From Nemertoderma westbladi (taxonomy: Eukaryota > Animalia > Xenacoelomorpha): 36,893 nt of DNA. How positions within the stretch are numbered: the first letter of the stretch is position 1; every line of letters begins with the position of its first letter. Positions 10,223-19,798 of this stretch are shown piece after piece. The stretch is from assembly GCA_032718475.1 (NCBI GenBank), contig JAUCBJ010005705.1:1-36893 (forward strand), read 5' to 3'. The notes below the pieces were generated by a model that was given only the letters and a program-made list of their open reading frames with translations, searched no databases and had not been told where the DNA came from. The position numbers and the translations under genes are program-made.

Positions 10223-13200
10223 CTGTCTATTCCAGAAAGACAGTTCTCTGGTAAAGCGCCAACCTCATCTGTCGGTATCCGAGAATTCCCGGTGGTGCAA
10301 CTGAGGGTGCATGGTATAGGGAGGAGCTTAATAGTAAATGCCCTCCTTGACTCCGGCAGTACAGGCACCTTTATCGACAAAGATCTAGCCGAAGACATCT
10401 TTGCTGGTCAACCAAAGTTCCGAACCAAACCAAACCTTTCAGGAATTATGCAGGTTTGGAAATCCACAGTAGCCACAGATTACTACGTGGGTGCATTGTC
10501 CACTCCCCAGGATGAACTAGGAGAAAATAGTGTAAGGTCGGTCAAGGTGGTGGCGATAAAGAACTTTGCTACTAGCCAAGTGGAGCCTTACAACTGGGAT
10601 GAAGATCATTTTACCCAGCAACACAACATACCTAGATTCAGTACGGATTATCCAGGGGTACAGATTTTACTCAGCCAAAATGCGCACGAGGCGCTTGAGA
10701 CATTAGAAAAACGGCCTGCTCGACTCCAGACGTATGCGGGAAGAACGAGAGTAGGTTGGTACTTCACTGGACCCTCCCATAGGACCTTACTAGAAAGACT
10801 CCCAAGTCAACGAGTCCACCAGGTGAGTGAATGGGAGGAAGATATAAGTGAAGAAGAAATTCCAGCTGAGGAAACTCCATACTCCTCGGATAATGACGGC
10901 ATAAGCAACTTGTATGACGAGGAAAATACCATCGATCTCCTCACTGAGAACCAAACTTGGTTAAACCAAGTCAACCTATGTAACCTTATCAACCAACATA
11001 GCGAACAATTCACGTATAATGATGAATTAAACGCAGTGGTAGATAGATATAATAACAAAATACGCGATGAACACGCCATACGATTCTTTACTCAAGAAGC
11101 CGTAGAGCCTAATTCCTACGACAAAGCTTTATCTGTCGAAGAAGAGAGGGCCAAGCAGATTCAGGAAACGACCAGACATTATCTGAAGGATGAAGGTCGC
11201 TATAAGATTGGTCTTCCATTCCGACGGCGAGAACCCAGCTTCGTAAATAACCGACCTTTAGCGGAAAAAAGAATCGCACAATTGCAACGGCGTTTGACGG
11301 CTAACGATCAAGCCAGGGAAATGTATAAAACCCAACTGAAGAAATTTATAGATAAGGGATACGCGGAGCGAGTTCCGGAAGAAACACCCATAATGGAGAG
11401 AACGTATTATCTGACACATCATTACGTTCCCAAGCCTGGTAAACCAAATGAAGTCCGGGTAGTGTTTGACGGCTCCGCCCTTTACATGGGTCAATCCCTG
11501 AATTCCGAGCTGTTGCCGGGACCCAACTTACTCCAATCTTTGTTGGGAATATTACTAAGACTGCGGCAATATTCGATCGCATTCGCTTCGGACATTGAAG
11601 GCATGTTCCTACAAGTCAAAGCATTGGATAGGGATCGAGACAGCCTACGATTTCTGTGGTGGCCTGAAGGAGACCTCAACCGAAAACCGGTGGAGTACTG
11701 GATGACAATCCAGGCTTTCGGGATCATCTCGAGCCCTTCGAATGCTTGTTCGGTAGTGCGTACCACTGCCGATGACAACCGAGACGCCTTCTCTAAAGCG
11801 GTTATCGACAACATCAAATGGGATATTTACATGGACGACAATTTAAAGTCCCTCCCATTGGTGGAAGAAGCCATTGATGTTGCCAAGGGAACGGTAGAGT
11901 GCTTGCAACGCGGTGGATTTCGGCTAACTAAATTTACTAGTAACTCCCGTGAGTTTCTGGAATCGATCCCGGTAGAAGACCGAGGTGTTAAAGATCTAGA
12001 CGTCATTAAGGATGATCTTCCGGAAACCAAGACTCTTTGATTAAAATGGGACACGGAGAGAGATATCTTATTCTTTCAGTTAAAATAACGAGATAATCCA
12101 GTTAGAACTAAACGGATTTGTCTAAGTATCCTGAGCACTTATTTCGATCTATTGGGATTTATTAGCCCAGTCATATTAGTTGCTCGGAGCTTAGTACAAC
12201 AAATGTGGCTCGAAAACCACTCGTGGGATGATCCACTCAAGGGAGAACTGCTAAAGAAGTGGATGAAATGGGAAGATTCTCTACCATCCATCGAGAACTT
12301 TAAGATCTCCCGTTCATATTTTGGTCACGTTCTCCCCACATATTCCTATCAACTCCATGTGTTTGGAGACGCCAGTGATATGGGAATAGGTATAGTAGCC
12401 TACCTGAGGGTTGAAACTCCGGATGGAATTAAGGTTTCATTGGTCGCCTCTAAGGCCTTAATAAACAACAAACTACGAGTTCCTAGAGCGGAGTTAAAGG
12501 TGGCTCTATACGCTACAGCCATCGGCAGGAATGTAACAGAACAGATTGACTATCCACTGGAGAAAACTGTCTATTGGACTGATGCTTTACTCGTTCTGGA
12601 GTATATAACAAATGAAGTCTGCCAGTTCAGCGTCTTCGTTACCAACAGAGTAGCCATTATACTCAGTCGCTCTAATATAGATCAATGGAGACATTGCCCT
12701 GGGACGATTAATCCAGCTGACATCGCTTCCAGAGGAGCAACTCCTCAAGAATTGATAGATACTCCAGACTGGTTAGGTGGGCCCGACTTCCTGAGTAAAG
12801 AAGAGGAGGAATGGCCCCCTCATCTCACTACGGCGGAGATCAGACAAGCCAAGGGAGCGGAGAAGGTCAAACCTAAAACCCGGACAAGTAAATCGAAGTT
12901 ATTTAAACCCGTGATAGATCTGTCTGTACTACACTATGCTGTGGATTTAAATACACCCACGGATGTTACAAGAAATACGAATAAATCCGTTATAGAAATC
13001 AGGGAAAGAGACTGGAAATCTAGAACACCAGACGTCTCGCAAGGACTCTCCCCTCTCCTACAAAGAGCAATAGATCATTATAGCTCCTGGAATCGGCTTT
13101 GCAAGGCCGTTGTGTATCTGAAAAGGTGTTTCCATCATCACTATTCCAGGACGAAAATCGCTAGTGATACCGCTCCAATAGTATCTGAAAAGGTCCATGC

Positions 13201-14693
13201 TACTAAAGACCTTCCCACTTATAGAGTGTCTGATAGGTTTCTGACTGAGAAGATCAGTTACCAAGAACATGATGATACCAATAAGCAGATACTGAGACTC
13301 CTGCAATGTTACGAAGATTCCGATAACTATTTCCTGTTGTTGAGAAATCCACAGATGCGCTTAAGGGATCGTTTCTCTAGCACAATGATAGATGGGTTAA
13401 TACGTGTCGGAGGGAGATTAACTAATGCTCCATTGTCCTTTGACACTAAGTTTCCCATACTCATTAGGAATCTTGAAATACAGATCAAGATGATTGTAGA
13501 TGTTCACAGTAGGCTTTACCATGCTGGTAGAGAACGAGTTCTTAGCGAAATTCGAACTCGCTATTATTTCCACAAGCCCCGTAGAGCTCTGAACCAAATT
13601 CTTAGGAACTGTATACCCTGTAGGAAAGCATTTAGTAGGCCTTTAACACAGCGAGAGGCAGAATTACCTAGGGAACGAGTAAGCTGTTATGAACCACCCT
13701 TTACTAATACCGGTGTGGATTTATTTGGCCCTATTGAAGTATATCGTGCTAGGACTATAGTCAAGCGATGGTGTGTCATCTTTGTCTGTATGCCTTGTAG
13801 AGCGATCCATCTAGATATGGCGAACGATCTATCTACCAACAGCTTCATACTGAGTTTACGCCGACAGATCGCTCGTTTTGGGACTAGCAACACTATGAGA
13901 TCCGACAAAGGAACAAACTTCATTGGCGTCAATAATGAGATCAAAGCTTATGTGAAAGATTGGAACCAAAGACAGGTGGACGATCAGCTAAGGGTAACAG
14001 CATCTAGCTGGACCTTCAACGCCGCCGACGCCCCTTGGTGGGGAGGAAGTTGGGAGAGACTAATACAAAGCGTGAAGACCGCATTTCACTCTATAGTGCC
14101 GTACTCTACGAACTTTTGCAGATGTTAATGGAAGAAATCGCCGCCTATCTTAATGAGAGACCGCTTATTGAGAGACCGACTCCCTAGAAGCGCTAACACC
14201 CGCGCATTTCCTACTAAAGAAACCTGTAGCCATGCTCCCGCAATCGGAAATCACGGACGGAGACGAATACTGCCGACAAACTTGGCAACTTATGCAGTTA
14301 TTATCCCGTCGTTTCGCTGACCATTTCGAAAAACATAATCTTCCTACGCTACAACTTCGAACAAAGTGGTTCGCGCAGCAAGAAAACGTCAGCGCCGGAG
14401 ACATGGTCCTTATCGTGGAATCAGATCTTCCACGTAAGAGGTGGCAGACAGGTCGTATCATCGAGACTCATATATCCGATGATGGTTTAGTGCGATTGGT
14501 AGAACTCGTCGTCATGCGACGTAACTTTAAGAAACCTGTAATTGTGTTCGAAACGCAACAACTTAATCGCCCGGTTGGTCGTTTATGTTTACTGGAAAGA
14601 GAACGAGAGTTGTCCGGTAACTATGGAAGGCAAGAGACTCTTCTGACGACCACCTCCCTGATCCAACAAACATCTAGGGACTCCTCAATGTAA
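10223..14693 (+). pseudogene. pol: pol: aspartic protease, reverse transcriptase, RNase H and DDE integrase
   Basis: Protease: ALLDSGS (10349). RT: RVVFDGS, SDIEGMFLQV, YMDD (11828). RNase H: LHVFGDAS, PRAEL, YWTD, NPADIASRG. Integrase: HHCC (HSRLYHAG..CIPC), GVDLFGP, SDKGTNF, WWGGSWERL and a C-terminal WQTGRI..DDGLVRLV. In frame with gag across TGA 10220; further stops at 12038 and ~12086 and a frameshift at ~14100-14165. Confidence 0.96.
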
Positions 14694-15276
14694 CAACGTT
14701 TGGAGTGGGTGTTATGTATGCATTATTAAGTAATTTTATTGTTATAATCGTTTTCTTTAATTTTATTAGTAGAATAATATTTTAACGATTATTTAGTAGA
14801 ATATTGCAATATATTAGTGTTTTATTACTTAATTACTTATTATATTATATTCCGTTTAACGGCGAGAAATAATTCATTTTCTCTTTCCATACTGTCCGTA
14901 TCATACTATAAATACGTGACTACAGTAAGATGAAATGTCCGTACTTATTAAAAGTACAATATACCGCCCCTACTATACTCAAGTGTTATTGGTAAGTAGA
15001 GTACCGTATTAGGAATGCAAAGTTCAGATCCTCGTGTCTCGGCTAAACCAAGCTCTGGGTAGACCTTGGAAACGACTTGCCTCTTCTCACTGACATTGCT
15101 TCTTGCAATATTGCTCTCATACCGTTTATTAAATAATACATATAGTAGAATGATGTCCATTTAACAGTAGTGTTGAAGCTCAAAATATTAACAAATATTA
15201 TTAGTATTAATAAAATCTATTAAATAAATCTGTTAATAAATCTTCAAATAAATCTGTTAAACACTTTGACCATCTG

Positions 15277-15614
15277 AAATTCTAGTCGATTAAGATATCG
15301 TGGCACCCACCGATATACTTGAAAGACAAAATTCTAGAATCAGTGGTTAACGTCCCCAGACATGTTCTGGAATAAATCGGTGCCCATCTTAAATATTAAA
15401 TATTTAATAAATATTTATAACGTTTGTTAAAACAATTGTTAAAATAGAGGAAATGCTAACAAATTAACTCTAGAAAATCTATAAATCAAATATGTTAAGA
15501 TTTTCGATCCTCTAAAATTCTAGTCGATTAAGATATCATAGTATTTACCGATACTCTTAAAAGACAAATTTCTGGAATTAAGGATCCTAGTCCCCAAACA
15601 TGTTCTGGAATAAA
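15277..15614 (+). repeat. Diverged ~100-bp direct duplication (period 238 bp) in the AT-rich pol-ORF2 spacer
   Basis: AAATTCTAGTCGATTAAGATATC...CCCCA(G/A)ACATGTTCTGGAATAAA occurs at 15277-15376 and 15515-15614. Confidence 0.85.
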
Positions 15615-16435
15615 ATTGTGTCTATTTAATAACAAATAATAAAATTCATGGGAATAAATTTTAAATTCATATCCTCTCATGAATTTGATAAATTGTCATT
15701 TTATACAATTTATAACATTCCCAAAATTTCATTAATTAATAGATAATGGGAGCGGAGATTCACCCTATTAAATATATTAGTGTGAGAGAATCTCCAGTGT
15801 ATGGTCAATAGCCGATAAAATTCATAAAATCATGTATAAAGGGTATATTGACAATTAAAGAATCACTATTAAATAGCTTCCCAGATCTGTATGCATGAGA
15901 ATTACCCTAATTCTACCGCTAGCTTTCCATAATGTCACCATAGCAACAACCACGCTAGAATTAGAAGCGAGTTAAAAGAACAATAGAAAGCTTGCCCCAT
16001 TGAATAGCATGCAGAATAAATAGCACCCTTCTAGTATCCAGGGATACATAATAATAATGTGGCATTCTGGAAGGCATTTGACTAACGGACAAATGGCCCG
16101 AATTTGTACAAATTGTGACAGGAATGTGGAATTTGTGTATTTATAGGTGAATGTTACTACTAAAGTGTGTTTACAGTAGCAAGTCGCAGTTGTGAAAGTT
16201 ACCCTGCCTCTGTAGCAAGTACCTCCAGTAAATCTAAGCCCTTGGGACGGACAGTGGAGTGACTCGCGCTGGTTATTGTTGTCATTGTGTAGCTACTATG
16301 TTGGCGAGAGGCACAGCGACGACAGTATATCAGCGCTGAGGATCTTGCACTGTCCGGGGGCACTGAGGGGGAGGCAGCGACGACCGCTAGCCTGATTATT
16401 ATTACCTCTAATATCAATAAACTCATATAGCAGCT

Positions 16436-18615
16436 ATGACTGAGTTAATAGAAGATGATCTTGGTATCAGGGAGCGATATACCCTACCACTGCAAGCGTT
16501 TGTTGATAGTTTGATAAGCGGCGATGCTAGTCAACATACTATGGAAGACGATGGCCATTATATCGAACTGCCAATGTCAAAGGAACAGCTCAAGCGTGAA
16601 TTGGACTATCGGAAATTCACCGCTCGCTATACGCATTGTAATGGTACGTATATGGACTTCTTAACTACTGGTCATCCTATCGATTTACATGACACGGATG
16701 ATGTAGACACCGAAAGGGAAATGATTCTATTTAAATATCATACCCAGCGGAGTCGGAATGATAAACTGAAAATTGAATATGAAAATTCTATTCGAAACCG
16801 ACTAGAAAGAGAAGATGTTGAAGAGCCGGATAAATGCAGTGACTTCAACAAATATTTGGAATTCTTGAGAGAAACATATCTCAATGTAGCCAGTCAACAA
16901 AATCTAGAAACTCGATATCCTCAAGGTATACATCATAACCCTATGATAGAACTCAAATGACTCTTTTTTACTATGATGTATCTTACCGCCGATCGACCGC
17001 TACCTGTTGTACCGGATAGCTTCGAACAGATGGAGGAATATTGTAAAACTGGAGAAAGATCACCAGCGTTTCCTCTACAAGACGTGCATCTTTGGTATTA
17101 CTGCGATGAATGCCCTAGACCCAACCAACAAACGGAAAGACATAAACATCCACGGAGACATTGCGCTAAACACAGTTTTACTCGCTATACTTATGGGAGT
17201 TTCGAGAGAAACTTGTTGGACGTATCACCCACGCTCGCTCGACTCAAACGATCATTAAATAAACCTATGATCAGAGTTCCGGAATACTCGGTCAGACCTC
17301 CTCATTCTCTGGTGAGACCTCAGACTCTTGATCCTAATAGTATGACGGATCCTCCTGAGTTGTACTCATTGTTCAAAGATCTAGTGTTACCCGAACAATT
17401 AGTCGGTGGCACTCCGGTTGTGGGCTCCCTAGATATTCGCCCATCCTACCTAGCCGGATTGGGGCGCGGACATATAATATCGCCGTTCAACCCGTATAAT
17501 CGCCCCGGTTTAACCCCGATACAACCCGTCACCGAGGTAGAGGAGAGTGTTGTATGAAACGCGTTAGATGCTATTCGACAAAAGATAGGAAAAGGAACCT
17601 ACGATTGTTTATACAAACGTAAATTGCAACAACAAGTCCAAGCGGTAAAAGAATTGGCTTTACCCCAGTTCGATCGGGAAATCCAGAATCTCGAAGAAGA
17701 TATCGAACTTGGACGAACATACTCTTTACAAGACTTATTGGACGAACGCTTCCAACGACAAGCGGAGGAAAATCAGCTCAAGGAGAAGCACATCGAAATG
17801 GATGAGAGAGAGGAAGCAGCTTTAGCCCAGCCAGAAGCCCAAATCCTTATGACTGATCTCTATTCCAAAACCATCATTCATCCTTCGATGGTTCCCCATT
17901 TCGGAGACAAACTCTTCGCCACGGTACAACCCCAACTGGTTGATATCAACTTAAGATCTAGAGATCTTATCGCTGACGCTCCTATGTTACAACGTCCGCC
18001 AATCGAGGCCGCTCGTGTCGACGGTATACTCGTTGAACCTCCAGACAATCGAGCGGATCTTGTCCGTCGTATGGTACACGAGGTCAACCTACGCGCTAGA
18101 CCTTTACCGAACTCATTTTATGGGATCAAAGACCACCCCTATTATGTCAATTTAACTCAATATTATATGGTGAAACCGGAAGATCCTACACACAGTTTAA
18201 AGTTTCTACCATTGATAAATCCCATGGTGACTTGTTCATAAACTCGCATCCTGAATTACAAGAAATTCATAGACGACCCTATGAATATAAAGCCAGAGAA
18301 CGCGAATTAGAGAGAACAATTAAACCGCAGAAATTTCTCACTACACACGGTCAACCTACCACTGTCGTACAAACGACCCATCAAGGACCGGTAATTGCTG
18401 CCGTCCTGAAACGAGCTCTAAAGGTTGTTCGACCTCGTTCCACCGATGTTGAAATAGATCAACCGGGTACCTCGACCGGTGGATACACCGACCGTAATCC
18501 AAAACCTTCTGATGCAATCGTATTGCACCCTTCCCCCAGGAGTTATAGCCCTCCTAGTAAAGTGGCTCGCCCCAAAGAGAAAAAAGACTCTTACTGGTCT
18601 CAAAGGGCTTCGTAA
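16436..18615 (+). pseudogene. Accessory ORF2 of the BEL/Pao element, ~725 aa reconstructed, function unknown
   Basis: The ORFs at 16436, 16973 and 17624 are in one frame, separated only by single TGA codons; one frameshift near 18230 joins the 18232-18615 ORF. The sister copy reads CGA where this copy has TGA 17555. Many differences from the sister copy are synonymous. Confidence 0.85.
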
Positions 18616-18710
18616 ACGCCGTTCACGAAAGAAGGACTAATAGTTTAGAGTATTTTTGTATTTTAGAAACTGTGATTTTTTATATTTTATAGACTTAAAT
18701 CCCATTTTCT

Positions 18711-18718
18711 GGGAGCGG
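18711..18718 (+). other. Polypurine tract
   Basis: GGGAGCGG abuts the TG of the 3' LTR and is identical at 2306-2313. Confidence 0.8.
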
Positions 18719-19798
18719 TGTAAAAGCTTTTGCGGACATAACAAGTCATTTTTACGCAATGCGCAGAATACTCTAAAATAGCCCTAAAATTATTCAACTA
18801 CGCGTCGGAAAGGAATTAGTACCAGGATGACGAAATCTGTTAGCTGATTCTCTGTGTACGTGGAGGTTTCTTTGTTCTGGCTTTTAGCCAATCAGAGCAA
18901 TTTTCACTTTACGGCTAACAGAGACCTACCTGAGAAACTCGCGCAATGCATGATGGTTATTATTATTTTTCTGAGAATTAGATTCAGCTCAGAATTCTGT
19001 GCTTCGATGGCCTTGGTTATAAGAACGTAAATCTATTATCCTGGAAACACCTTCTCTTTGTAACACTGCCTTGTCATTTGACTTACTTAACTCATTTCAT
19101 ACAACTGAATCACTGAATCACCGCACTGTTTTACTTCTGTTTTATATAGTATTAATTGTTGGTATATTAATGGATGTTGATGTTATATTTGGAGAATACC
19201 GTTAAATAATCATAAACCCCTCAATCTTATTGATTACTGAGGTAAGAGGGAAAGAGTCTACCGGTAGCAACTGCGACTTAAATTATAGTGGTTTTGTGTG
19301 AATTAAATGCTATTTCATAATCCCTACGTGTGTCAGTTGCAATCCTCCTTATATATTATCAAATTCAGTGACGGTCGGCAAATTAGTGTGAAGTCGTTTG
19401 AAGTAGTGTGAAGGTTAATAAAGCATCTCCTAAAGAATGCGCTATTTACGAAACTCTGTGGCCATCTAGTTGTGATTAGTATAAGTCATAACTCTGTTTT
19501 TATACTTAAAGCGCCACGTCCTAAAGGAACTGTTAATATTTCCCCGAAAGTAAATATAGTTGTCAGAGATTATATAGCAGTGATCAATCGAATAATACAG
19601 AGTAGTTCTACACTGCAATACTTCCCAAGGAACCCGAATCCAGTCTCCCACACCGTGGGTCATACGCCGCCTACGGACTGGCTTCGGCAGATGTAACTTC
19701 AATACACCAGGTAATTGGTAAGGGCTAAAGTCGATTTATAAACAAGAGGACAATTAAAATTGGCAGGTTAAACTGCTAAAGGTCTGAAAGCGCGAACA
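18719..19798 (+). repeat. 3' LTR (1080 bp)
   Basis: Matches the 5' LTR apart from roughly 17-18 substitutions counted by eye, a 36-bp indel (4441-4476) and two fewer copies of a 10-bp GAAGTAGTGT-like repeat. Confidence 0.97.

Larger units (their letters stand above)
4154..19798 (+). mobile_element. Full-length BEL/Pao (Belpaoviridae-type) LTR retrotransposon, 15,645 bp, coding-defective, with an extra 3' ORF
   Basis: Paired TG..CA LTRs, a perfect 5-bp TSD ATAAC (4149-4153 and 19799-19803), a PPT, the domain order Gag-PR-RT-RH-IN, and a BEL-type triple Cys/His cluster in Gag. Confidence 0.97.

Noticed and set aside
16436-18615. ORF2 as an envelope glycoprotein
   Set aside because: No signal peptide, hydrophobic transmembrane segment or Cys-rich ectodomain is visible.
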